This document shows, one piece after another, positions 1 through 7,850 of a DNA stretch of 14,466 bases. The notes under the pieces were generated by a model. That model was given only the letters and a program-made list of their open reading frames with translations, did no database searches and had not been told where the DNA came from. This DNA is from Candidatus Eiseniibacteriota bacterium (GTDB taxonomy: Bacteria > Eisenbacteria > RBG-16-71-46): assembly GCA_031366795.1 (NCBI GenBank), contig JANLOX010000255.1, positions 1-14,466 of the forward strand, given 5' to 3'. Within the stretch, counting starts at the first letter, position 1; each line of letters begins with the position of its first letter. The position numbers were made by a program, and so were the translations under genes.

Positions 1-348
1 CGCGACGGAGGGATCGTGCTCGTCGACTACAAGACCTCCGACATCGACAGCGCCGAGAAGGCCGACGAGCGCACGAAGGACAGCGCGCGCGACGGCCAGC
101 TGGGACTTTACGCGCTCGCCTACTTCGAGATGACGCAGCAGCTGCCGGCGCGTGTCGAGCTGCACTTCCTGGGCCGCGATCTCGTCGGCAGCGCCGAGAT
201 CAAGCCGGAACACCTCGTGCGCGCGCGCGAACGCGCCGCGCGCGCCGCCGCCGGCATTCGCGCTGCCCAGTCCAGTGCCACCCCCAATTCGCGCACCTGC
301 GGCTACTGCGCCTACTCACGCTTCTGCCTGTACAGCGCGGCGCGATGA
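1..348 (+). CDS. 5'-truncated CDS: C-terminal PD-(D/E)XK (RecB-like) nuclease domain with Cys cluster, likely the end of an AddA/AddB- or UvrD-type helicase-nuclease
   Basis: Frame is open from base 1 (RDGGIVLVDYKT...). It contains VLVDYKT (D-x-K nuclease motif), QLGLYALA (QxxxY motif) and the C-terminal CGYCAYSRFC (CxxC-x5-C, typical of Fe-S ligands in AddB/Cas4-like nucleases). Stop TGA at 346-348. Confidence 0.8.
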   Translation, partial: RDGGIVLVDYKTSDIDSAEKADERTKDSARDGQLGLYALAYFEMTQQLPARVELHFLGRDLVGSAEIKPEHLVRARERAARAAAGIRAAQSSATPNSRTCGYCAYSRFCLYSAAR

Positions 349-394
349 CAGGCGTGACACGTCGTCCGGCGCCGCGCGCATCCTGAAAGGCCAC

Positions 395-1207
395 ATGAAC
401 GAGCCGACGCATCGCGAACTAGTGGATTTCGGCGTGACCCTCGCGCACGAAGCCGGTCTCATCCTGCGCGAGGGTTGGGGCCAGACACACCGCCCCGAGC
501 ACAAGGGGCGCATCGACCTGGTGACCGAATTCGACCGGCGATCGGAAGCCTTGCTGCTTGAACGCATCCGCGGCCGCTTCCCCGATCACGCCATCCTCGC
601 CGAGGAATCCGGCGGCAGCATCGCCACAGCTGGATTCCGGTGGATCATCGATCCGCTCGATGGCACCACGAACTTCGCGCACAACTACCCCTTCTTCTGC
701 GTCTCGATCGGCATTGAACACTCGGGCGAAATGGTCGGGGGAGTCATCCACGATCCAATACGCGACGAGACCTTCACCGCGGTCCGCGGCGAGGGAGCGG
801 CGCTCAATGGCGAACCCATCCGCGTCTCGGGGATCAGCGGAATCGAGAACGCCCTGCTCGTCTCAGGCTTCCACTATTCGATCCGCGAACGCCCGGAGCC
901 GACGTTCACGCTGTTCCGTGAGTTCCTGCTGCGCGCCCAGGGCGTGCGCCGCGACGGCTCGGCCGCGCTCAATCTCTGCTATCTCGCGTGCGGCCGCTTC
1001 GACGGCTTCTGGGAGGCGCGGCTCTCACCATGGGACATGGCCGCGGGTGTGCTCATTGTGCGCGAGGCCGGGGGCACGGTGACGAATTTCAGCGGCGGCG
1101 AGTTCCGCCTCGATGGCCTCCAGGTGCTCGCCGCGAATCCCGCCCTGCATGCGGCCATGCGCGACCTCATCAACAGTGTCCCGGGAGCCGCGACCGCGTC
1201 GGCATAG
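395..1207 (+). CDS. suhB: Inositol monophosphatase family protein (SuhB-type)
   Basis: ATG at 395 preceded by GAAAGG (385-390). Motifs DLVTEFDRRSE, ILAEE, WIIDPLDGTTNF, RRDGSAAL and WDMAAG. The ORF-track extension from 152 overlaps the upstream gene and is not credible. Confidence 0.9.
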   Translation: MNEPTHRELVDFGVTLAHEAGLILREGWGQTHRPEHKGRIDLVTEFDRRSEALLLERIRGRFPDHAILAEESGGSIATAGFRWIIDPLDGTTNFAHNYPFFCVSIGIEHSGEMVGGVIHDPIRDETFTAVRGEGAALNGEPIRVSGISGIENALLVSGFHYSIRERPEPTFTLFREFLLRAQGVRRDGSAALNLCYLACGRFDGFWEARLSPWDMAAGVLIVREAGGTVTNFSGGEFRLDGLQVLAANPALHAAMRDLINSVPGAATASA

Positions 1208-1240
1208 GGGGCTGGCGCCGCGACCGCTTCGGCCTGGGGC
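1181..1240 (+). repeat. Imperfect 30-bp tandem duplication spanning the suhB stop codon
   Basis: 1181-1210 ccgggagccgcgaccgcgtcggcatagggg versus 1211-1240 gctggcgccgcgaccgcttcggcctggggc: 23/30 identical, with the core gccgcgaccgc(g/t)tcggc matching at 16/17. Confidence 0.7.
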
Positions 1241-1254
1241 ATCGCCGAAGGCGG
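1224..1254. terminator. GC-rich hairpin between convergent genes (possible bidirectional terminator or stability element)
   Basis: cttcggc (1227-1233) and gccgaag (1244-1250) form a perfect 7-bp stem, extendable by ccg/cgg with a bulge. It lies between the suhB and GWxTD-gene stops. No U-tract. Confidence 0.3.
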
Positions 1255-1282
1255 GCGCACCGGCGGCATGCCTTCACCCGGA

Positions 1283-3211
1283 CTAATTCGCCAGTGCCGG
1301 AACCTTCAGGAATGCCGCCGCCCCCTTCGTCTCGGTCGCGGCAACCAGGTCGCGCACCACGACGTCGAGCCGATAGCGGCCCGGCGGCAGTGTCTGCACC
1401 GGCACCGAAACGAACTGGCGGCGGATCGAGCCCAAGTTCTCCGCCGTGCGGCTGATGTCGACCTCTGGAATGCGCGAGCGGGGCGCGAACATGCGCTGAA
1501 CCCATACGCGAGTATCGCGCTCGGTGGAACGCACGGTGCAGCTGTACTCGAAGTGCGACTGGCCATCCTCGCCGGGGGCCAGGTGGTAGACCTCGAAGTA
1601 GGCGGTCAGGTTGCCGCCCGGCGCCACGCGCGCGCCGGCGTTGGGCTCGATGCGAACGCCGGGACCTGAGCCGACGGGGGGAGTGCCGCACGAGACAACG
1701 ACGTCGCTCATCGCCAGCGCTTCCAGGCTGTCGGCCATCACGACCTCGGTGCGGAACACACCGCGCCGCCGGTTCACGTCATCGTGGACGGTGATCCCAA
1801 CATGGTAATTGCCGGGCTTCAAGTTCTCCGCGAAATCGGCGACCCGCAGTTCCGCCGGGTCGCACGCGCTCGGCGAGAGTCGCCGGCGCAGCCGCGCCAC
1901 TTCGGCGTGCGAACTGTCGATCACCACCCACTCGGCCCACAAGCTGTCGCCAGGGTTCCCCACGACTTCGACGTCCGCCATCAGTCGCGGCCCCTCCCCG
2001 GTATTGAAGCGTGCGATGTGACCGGTCACGGGCATCGACTTGATGCCAGGCGGCAGCATCGGGAACACGCCGCGCCCGCCGGTCACCGCCAACTGGTCGC
2101 CGAGCTTCGCGAGCGAATCCGGGTGCGGCTGCGGATCCATGTCGTGATCCAGCGAGATCGGCAGCAGGTAGTATTCGGACAGCAGCCGATCCTGCAGGTG
2201 GACCTGCATGCCGAGTTCAGGATAGCCCCACACCAGCACGTTCATCGGGTACTCGGGCCCCGTGGCGTAGGACATCGACAGCCGCGCGCCGATCGGGTTG
2301 TACTCGACTTTGTGTGGCGGTCCATATCGCACGTAAAGCTCGCCGCGCTCGTCCCACTCGCGCCGCTTGGCATCGAAGTAGAGGAAGTACGCCTGCGCAA
2401 CGCGCGACCAGTACTCGAGCCGCGCTTCGTTCTCCGGGCTCGCGAGGTCAGGATCATTGTCACGCCAGAAATGCTCGATGAATTCGCGCTGCCCCGCAGG
2501 CGAGAGCCGGTGCAGCAGGAAGGTGTCACGCGCGGACGCCACCGGGCTGATGTCCTCGAAACGCAGCCGCGCGAGTTTGGGCAGCTTCGGGATCGATTCA
2601 CGGAACAAACTGTCGGCTTCGTGGACACGGCCGTCTCGGTACGACATGTGCGCGAGCGCCAGCACGCTCTCAGGCCTGCGCGGCTCGGCCTCCACGGCGC
2701 GCGCTGCGGCACTGAGCGCGGGTTTAAGGTCGCCGCGTTCGAGCAGCAGCGGCACCAGTTGCAACCATGCGTCGGCCGAGGCCGGCTTGAGCCGCGCGGA
2801 GTTCGAGAAGCTCGCGATCGAACGATCGAGCGACTTGGCCTCGAGGTACTTGAGCCAATCGCGCCGCCACACTTGCCCGAGCCCAAATTGCCCGTCGGCA
2901 TCCGCGGGATTGATGTCCGTCACGAGTTGGAAGCGGCGCTCGGCGTACTTCAAGAACCCGCACTCGTAGTAGGTGCGCGCGAGCAATAGCTGGGCGGCGG
3001 CGTTGGTGGGGTCCATGATCGTGGCCCGCTCGAGTTCATCGATTGCGGCGCGGCGGGAATCGATGGTGCTGTATACGAGCCGCCGCTGCGCGGAGCGCAG
3101 CAAAGCTTCGGAGCTCGGGCCCGTGCGTGCCGCGATGAGAGCGGCAGGGGCGAGCGTCGCCTGGGCGGCGAGCAGGATGGCGGTGATCAACAGCGACGGC
3201 CGTGGCAGCAA
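1283..3211 (-). CDS. Exported TPR-repeat + GWxTD-like domain protein with C-terminal beta-sandwich (Ig-like) region
   Basis: TTG start with AGGAG SD upstream and a hydrophobic signal peptide (LLITAILLAAQATLAPAA). TPR-like helices (DPTNAAAQLLLARTY, NPADADGQFGLGQVW, KPASADAWLQL, EPRRPESVLALA). GWxTD-domain signature FIEHFWRDNDPD...ENEARLEYWSRVAQA...WDERGELYVRYGPP. C-terminal LAMSDVVV, YFEVYHL and LPPGRYRLDVVVRD are typical of this family. Confidence 0.8.
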   Translation of the reverse strand: MLPRPSLLITAILLAAQATLAPAALIAARTGPSSEALLRSAQRRLVYSTIDSRRAAIDELERATIMDPTNAAAQLLLARTYYECGFLKYAERRFQLVTDINPADADGQFGLGQVWRRDWLKYLEAKSLDRSIASFSNSARLKPASADAWLQLVPLLLERGDLKPALSAAARAVEAEPRRPESVLALAHMSYRDGRVHEADSLFRESIPKLPKLARLRFEDISPVASARDTFLLHRLSPAGQREFIEHFWRDNDPDLASPENEARLEYWSRVAQAYFLYFDAKRREWDERGELYVRYGPPHKVEYNPIGARLSMSYATGPEYPMNVLVWGYPELGMQVHLQDRLLSEYYLLPISLDHDMDPQPHPDSLAKLGDQLAVTGGRGVFPMLPPGIKSMPVTGHIARFNTGEGPRLMADVEVVGNPGDSLWAEWVVIDSSHAEVARLRRRLSPSACDPAELRVADFAENLKPGNYHVGITVHDDVNRRRGVFRTEVVMADSLEALAMSDVVVSCGTPPVGSGPGVRIEPNAGARVAPGGNLTAYFEVYHLAPGEDGQSHFEYSCTVRSTERDTRVWVQRMFAPRSRIPEVDISRTAENLGSIRRQFVSVPVQTLPPGRYRLDVVVRDLVAATETKGAAAFLKVPALAN

Positions 3212-3240
3212 TCAAACTCCTTGTGGCCCGGTGGCGCCTG

Positions 3241-3270
3241 AGTATCCGCAGCGGGAACTGCGCGCGTCAA
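3241..3270 (-). promoter_or_regulatory. Putative sigma70-type promoter for the TPR/GWxTD gene
   Basis: Minus strand reads TTGACG-N18-GATACT, ending about 30 nt upstream of the TTG start. Confidence 0.45.
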
Positions 3271-3379
3271 CAACAGAGTTGCGGCGTGACGCGGTGCAGG
3301 TGTGGTTGGAGCGGGTCCAACGGCGAGCCGCGCGGTGCCGGTGCGGACGCCGCAGCATGCCACCCCTGGGCCGTACGAG

Positions 3380-3408
3380 TTGACGGCGCGCCCGGCCTCA
3401 CGCAGCGT
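3380..3408 (+). promoter_or_regulatory. Putative sigma70-type promoter for the rhodanese-methyltransferase gene (leaderless geometry)
   Basis: TTGACG (3380-3385)-N17-CAGCGT (3403-3408)-N6-ATG (3415). No SD sequence before the ATG. Confidence 0.4.
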
Positions 3409-3414
3409 CCCCCT

Positions 3415-4278
3415 ATGGACTCCGACGACACGCGGGCCGCGACGCCCACTGCCACCGCCATCGACGCCCCACACGCCGCGGCGCTACTGAACACCGCCAC
3501 ATGGCTCGATGTACGCGACCAGCCGCGCTTTGCGAGTGGCCACCTCCCGGGCGCGGGCAACGTGCCGGTGGCGGAGTGGACGGAGCGCCGCCACGAACTG
3601 CCGCCGCCCCAAGAGCACGTGATCGTGGTCGCGGATGATGCCGCAAGTGCGCGCGAGGCGGCGGAGCGTCTCGCGAGTCTCGGCTACCATGATGTCGCGT
3701 GGCTCACGGCACCCTGGGAGTCGTTGGCGCTCGCCGCGTCGCGTGACCCTGCGGCGCCATTGTGGAAGCCGGCGCCGTTCCTGGAACGCCTGCTCCCTGC
3801 GATCCCCCGCGGCAGGGCGCTCGATGTGGCTTGCGGCGCGGGCCGCGAAGCGGTGTTCCTCGCGCGCAACGGCTTCGAGGTCGAGGCATGGGACCACGAC
3901 AGCGAGGCGCTTTCGCGGGCGCGGGCCCTCGCCATCCGGCACGGCGCCAATATCCGTACTTCGGCAGTGGATCTGGAGGCCCAGATTCCTCCTGTGATCG
4001 CTGAGGCGAAGTACGCCTTGATCGTGTGCTTTCGGTACTTACACCGCCCGCTGTTCCCGCTCCTGCTGAGCGCCCTCGCGCCGGGCGGGCATCTCGTGTA
4101 CGAGACGTTTCGCGAGGGTCAGGAGCGCTATGGGCGGCCACGGCGGCCACGATTCCTGCTGCGCAGTGGGGAACTGCGCGAGGCCTTCGGCGCGCTCGAC
4201 ATTCTTGAGTACGAGGAGACCGAGCGCGAGGGCGGCCCAGTGACTGCGCGACTTCACGCGCGCAAGCCCCTGCGCTAG
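3415..4278 (+). CDS. Rhodanese-like domain fused to class I SAM-dependent methyltransferase (TehB-like)
   Basis: N-terminal WLDVRDQPRFASGHLPGAGNVP is the rhodanese signature. The C-terminal part has ALDVACGAGREAVFLARNGFEVEAWD (SAM motif I and acidic motif II) and IVCFRYLHRPLF...LAPGGHLVYETF. Start placed at ATG 3415; the track start at 3202 overlaps the divergent gene. Confidence 0.82.
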   Translation: MDSDDTRAATPTATAIDAPHAAALLNTATWLDVRDQPRFASGHLPGAGNVPVAEWTERRHELPPPQEHVIVVADDAASAREAAERLASLGYHDVAWLTAPWESLALAASRDPAAPLWKPAPFLERLLPAIPRGRALDVACGAGREAVFLARNGFEVEAWDHDSEALSRARALAIRHGANIRTSAVDLEAQIPPVIAEAKYALIVCFRYLHRPLFPLLLSALAPGGHLVYETFREGQERYGRPRRPRFLLRSGELREAFGALDILEYEETEREGGPVTARLHARKPLR

Positions 4279-4925
4279 CTCCTCGCCGCCCCTTCGCGCT
4301 TCAGCCGGCGGCCCAGCACGTCGACGAGCACGTAGAGCGCGAGCAACACGACGGCGGCGAGCACGAACCACAGCAGCTTCTGCTGGATGACGTGCGCGAG
4401 TGCCGCGGGGTCATCGAGCAACCGCGGCTCCTGCCCCAGCACGCGCGCGCCGAACACGGCAAGCACCGTGCACCAGATGAATGAGCCAACCAGCGTCATC
4501 AGGCTGAAGCGCCCGAACGCCATGCGCGCCGCACCCGCGGGCAGCGACACCAGATGGCGCACGACCGGCAACAAGCGCGAGAAGAAGATGCCGACGGACG
4601 AATAGCGCTGGATCCACAGTTCCGCCATCAGCCACTTCTGCTCCGGCACGAACGCGTATCGCCCATAGCGCAGGATCAGCGGACGGCCCACGACGCGCGC
4701 GACCCAGTAGGAGATCGTGGCACCCGCCCATGAACCCAGTGTCGCCGCCATCACCACACCCCAGAAGTGGAACCGCCCCTGTTCGGCGTAATACGCCGCG
4801 GGCGGGATCACGACTTCGCTCGGCAGCGGGAAGACGGTCGACTCGATCGCCATCATCACGAAGATGCCGGCGTAACCCCATTGGTCCACGAGCCCGAACC
4901 ACGTCTTGAGCAGCGAATGGAACAC
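4275..4925 (-). CDS. dedA: DedA family membrane protein (SNARE-associated/VTT domain)
   Basis: GTG start with AGGAG SD overlapping the upstream TAA. Motifs MAIESTVFPLPSEVV, ATLGSWAGATISYWVAR and FFSRLLPVVRHLVSLPAG, plus several hydrophobic segments. Stop overlaps the convergent methyltransferase stop (CTAG 4275-4278). Confidence 0.92.
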   Translation of the reverse strand: MFHSLLKTWFGLVDQWGYAGIFVMMAIESTVFPLPSEVVIPPAAYYAEQGRFHFWGVVMAATLGSWAGATISYWVARVVGRPLILRYGRYAFVPEQKWLMAELWIQRYSSVGIFFSRLLPVVRHLVSLPAGAARMAFGRFSLMTLVGSFIWCTVLAVFGARVLGQEPRLLDDPAALAHVIQQKLLWFVLAAVVLLALYVLVDVLGRRLKREGAARS

Positions 4926-4934
4926 AGGAACTCC

Positions 4935-5807
4935 TTAGCGGGATTGAACCGCGGATGCGGCGGGAACGGTCTCGACCCATGTGAAGTCGTCGCCTTCGAT
5001 CGCCGGCCGCGCCCACGCGATCAAGGGATCGTGCTCGAGCAGTATCCAGGCGCCCTCCTGCGCGGCACGCGTGAGCAGGGCGCGCTTCTCGGCCATCGTC
5101 TCGATCGCCGCGATGTCGTAGCCCATGACGAAGGGTATGCGCACATGCGATGCCGTCGGGATCAAGTCTGCCACGAAATACACGGCGCCTTCCGGGCCAT
5201 GCACGCGCACGAGCTGCTGCCCGCGCGTGTGCCCATCGGCGGTGATGATCTCGACGCCGGGCCACGATTCGCGTGGACCGTCCCACACATCGAGCACACC
5301 TGCATCTAGCAGCGGCTCGAAATTTTCCGCCATGTACGAGGCGCGTTCGCGCGGGTTTGGGTCGCGGGCGTTCTCGAGATTGCGGCGCTGGACCGCGTAG
5401 CGCGCATTCGGCAGGCGCGGCACAAGCTTGCCCTCCACCACGCGCGTGGACCCGGCGGCATGGTCGAAGTGCAGGTGCGTCAGCAGGACATCGGTGACGT
5501 CTGCCGGCGTCAGGCCCAACGCATCGAGTGACTTATCGAGCGTGTGCTCTTCCAGTTCCAGGCGGTAGATGTCCGCGAGCTTGGGGCTGAACTTGTCGCC
5601 GATGCCATCGTCGACGAGGACGCAGCGCCCTTGCCCGCGCAACAGCATACAGCGCATGGCGAGGCGGATGCGGTTGCGCTCATCGGGCGGTTGCAGCTTG
5701 GCCCACATCGGCTTGGGGACTGAACCGAACATCGAGCCGCCGTCGAGCCACAGGAATCCCGTCTCGAGTGCGTCGATCGTCCAGCCGCCTACGGACCTGG
5801 GGAACAT
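4935..5807 (-). CDS. Metallo-beta-lactamase-fold hydrolase, YtnP-like family
   Basis: LDGGSMFGSVPKPMW family signature, THLHFDHAAG (HxHxDH), GHTRG, ADLIPT, MGYD and LEHDP. ATG at 5807 preferred; the track's TTG at 5843 coincides with a -35 box. Confidence 0.9.
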   Translation of the reverse strand: MFPRSVGGWTIDALETGFLWLDGGSMFGSVPKPMWAKLQPPDERNRIRLAMRCMLLRGQGRCVLVDDGIGDKFSPKLADIYRLELEEHTLDKSLDALGLTPADVTDVLLTHLHFDHAAGSTRVVEGKLVPRLPNARYAVQRRNLENARDPNPRERASYMAENFEPLLDAGVLDVWDGPRESWPGVEIITADGHTRGQQLVRVHGPEGAVYFVADLIPTASHVRIPFVMGYDIAAIETMAEKRALLTRAAQEGAWILLEHDPLIAWARPAIEGDDFTWVETVPAASAVQSR

Positions 5808-5813
5808 AGCTGC

Positions 5814-5843
5814 AGAATTGCGGATGGCAGGGCGGGGCGTCAA
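5814..5843 (-). promoter_or_regulatory. Putative sigma70-type promoter for the MBL hydrolase-dedA unit (leaderless geometry)
   Basis: Minus strand reads TTGACG (5843-5838)-N18-AATTCT (5819-5814)-N6-ATG (5807). No SD. Confidence 0.45.
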
Positions 5844-5864
5844 TCCAGCTGCCTTCGGTTGCCT

Positions 5865-5886
5865 ACTGCTGTCTGCGCGCAGCAGT
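5865..5886 (-). terminator. Hairpin immediately downstream of the lpdA stop (possible terminator or 3' stability stem)
   Basis: actgctg (5865-5871) and cagcagt (5880-5886) form a perfect 7-bp inverted repeat with an 8-nt loop, starting 3 nt after the stop. No U-tract. Confidence 0.35.
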
Positions 5887-5889
5887 CCC

Positions 5890-7284
5890 TCAGATGTGGA
5901 TCGCCCGCTTTGCCACCGCCAGCGCCGCCTCTTTCACCGCTTCCGGCAGCGTCGGGTGCGCGTGCACTGAGCGCGCGATGTCCTCGGCGCTCGCCTGCAT
6001 CTCGATCGCGAACGCGAGTTCCGCGATCAGGTCGCTGGCCCGTGGCCCCACGATGTGGGCACCCAGCAGGCGGTCGGTCGTGGCGTCGGCGATCAGCTTC
6101 ACCTGGCCGTCGCGCTCTTCCATGGCGCGCGCGCGGCCATTGGCGAGAAACGGGAACACGCCGATGTTCACCGCAATGCCCTGCTCCCTCGCCTGCTCCT
6201 CGGTAAGCCCGACGCCGGCCAGCTCAGGCCACGTGTACACGACATTGGGAATGCAATCGTAGGCGACGTGTCCCGCCTGCCCCATCATCAACTCGACGGC
6301 CGCGATGCCTTCTTCCTCGGCCTTGTGCGCGAGCATCGGCCCCTCGATCACGTCGCCGATGGCGAAGATGCCGGGAACGTTGGTCTGGAAGTGCGCGTCG
6401 ACAACGATGCGGCCGCGCTCATCGAGCTCGACGCCGGCTTCGGCGGCACCGAGCCCTTCGGTGAATGCACGGCGACCGACCGCGACGAGCAGCACGTCGC
6501 ACTCGTCCTCGCGTTCACCCGCTGCGCCCGCGACCTTGAGCTTCACGCGCCCACCCACGACCTTCGCCGACTTCGCCGAGGCGCCGAACTCGAAGTGCAT
6601 GCCCTGTTTCTCGAGCGACTTCTGCAGCAGCTCGGCGCTCTGCAGATCCGCGCCCGGCACCGCGCGGTCCAGGTACTCGATCACCCGTACCTCACTGCCC
6701 AGCCGCAACCACACCGAGCCCAACTCGAGGCCAATCGCGCCGGCGCCAATGACGATCAGTTGCTTCGGCACTTCCGGCAGCGTCAGCGCATCGGTCGAAT
6801 GCACGATGCGGCGGCCGTCGGTCTCGATCCCCTTGAGCTTCGCCGGTTTGCTGCCCGTGGCGATCAGGATGCGCGTCGCCGTCACAACCTGCGGCGGCTC
6901 GCCCGAGACCTCGATCTCGGTGGCGGAACGCAGCCGTGCAGCGCCGGTGATGCGCGTGATCTTGTGCTTGCGGAACAGCCCGGCGATGCCGCGAGTCAGG
7001 TCCGAGACGACCTTGTCCTTGCGGCCCAACATGACGGGCAGGTCCAGTTCGACCGACGCCTTGATGCCATGCACGGCAAAGCTATGGCGCGCCTGGTGGA
7101 AGTGCTCGCTGGAATCGAGCAGCGCCTTGCTCGGGATGCAGCCCACGTTGAGGCAGGTGCCGCCGAGCGAGGCGTACTTCTCGATACAGGCGACGCGCAG
7201 CCCCAATTGCGCAGCGCGAATCGCCGCGACGTAGCCGCCGGGTCCCGAGCCGATGACGACCAGATCGAACGGCGGCGAACTCAC
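5890..7284 (-). CDS. lpdA: Dihydrolipoamide dehydrogenase (E3)
   Basis: GSGPGG FAD-binding motif, [13 protein letters not shown] redox disulfide, [11 protein letters not shown]-binding motif, [14 protein letters not shown] and [11 protein letters not shown] start overlaps the upstream TGA (GTGA). Confidence 0.97.
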   Translation of the reverse strand: MSSPPFDLVVIGSGPGGYVAAIRAAQLGLRVACIEKYASLGGTCLNVGCIPSKALLDSSEHFHQARHSFAVHGIKASVELDLPVMLGRKDKVVSDLTRGIAGLFRKHKITRITGAARLRSATEIEVSGEPPQVVTATRILIATGSKPAKLKGIETDGRRIVHSTDALTLPEVPKQLIVIGAGAIGLELGSVWLRLGSEVRVIEYLDRAVPGADLQSAELLQKSLEKQGMHFEFGASAKSAKVVGGRVKLKVAGAAGEREDECDVLLVAVGRRAFTEGLGAAEAGVELDERGRIVVDAHFQTNVPGIFAIGDVIEGPMLAHKAEEEGIAAVELMMGQAGHVAYDCIPNVVYTWPELAGVGLTEEQAREQGIAVNIGVFPFLANGRARAMEERDGQVKLIADATTDRLLGAHIVGPRASDLIAELAFAIEMQASAEDIARSVHAHPTLPEAVKEAALAVAKRAIHI

Positions 7285-7847
7285 CGCGAGGGTGCTTCCT
7301 CAGCGCTTAAGCCGAATTCGAAGTCGAGCAGCCGGTCGATCGGCAGGCGCAGCCGGAACGCCTCGGACCACACATCCACCGGCTCCGTCATCTTGCGTGT
7401 ACGCAGGTAGAGCTCGTCCGCGGATTCGATGAGGTCGCGCGCGTTGGCGCTGCGCAGGTGCCGCGAGTCGAGGTCGCCGAGCCGCACGCGATCGAGGGCG
7501 TCGGCATCCTTCAGCAACCACAGCAGGTCATCGCGCCAGCCGGCCTCCGCGTCGGTGTGCGCATGCCAGCGACAGGCGCTGGCGATGCGGTCCAACTCCT
7601 GCGGCGGGTCTTCGAGATGGCGCGGCAACTCTTCGAGCACCCAGATCGCGGCGCGCTCGCCATGGCCCGCATCGATGTCGTCGTTCTCACGGCACAGGTC
7701 ATGGCACGCGGCGGCCCAAAGTGCGGGCTCGAACAGGTCGCTGTCGCCGGCCAACACCGTCGTCCACACCATCACCCGCGCGGCGTGACCAAAACCATGC
7801 AGCAAGCTCGGCGGTTGCATCGTGTACCAATCGCGCCTGGGTACCAT
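7281..7847 (-). CDS. HD-domain metal-dependent phosphohydrolase
   Basis: ATG begins 3 nt after the sucB TAG, with a GGAGG SD inside the sucB 3' end. Motifs [10 protein letters not shown] (His), AACHD (HD at 7703-7698), GHGERAA, CRWH and [11 protein letters not shown] (distal Asp). Stop overlaps the lpdA start. Confidence 0.82.
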   Translation of the reverse strand: MVPRRDWYTMQPPSLLHGFGHAARVMVWTTVLAGDSDLFEPALWAAACHDLCRENDDIDAGHGERAAIWVLEELPRHLEDPPQELDRIASACRWHAHTDAEAGWRDDLLWLLKDADALDRVRLGDLDSRHLRSANARDLIESADELYLRTRKMTEPVDVWSEAFRLRLPIDRLLDFEFGLSAEEAPSR

Positions 7848-7850
7848 GAC

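Noticed and set aside
1..348. Cas4 or defence-system interpretation of the Cys-cluster nuclease
   Set aside because: No CRISPR repeats or other cas/defence genes in the window. The housekeeping context favours a repair helicase-nuclease C-terminus, and the N-terminus is outside the window.
4935..5807. Calling the MBL-fold protein a beta-lactamase or persulfide dioxygenase
   Set aside because: The LDGGxMFGxVPK signature points to the YtnP-like hydrolase group. HxHxDH alone does not define the substrate.
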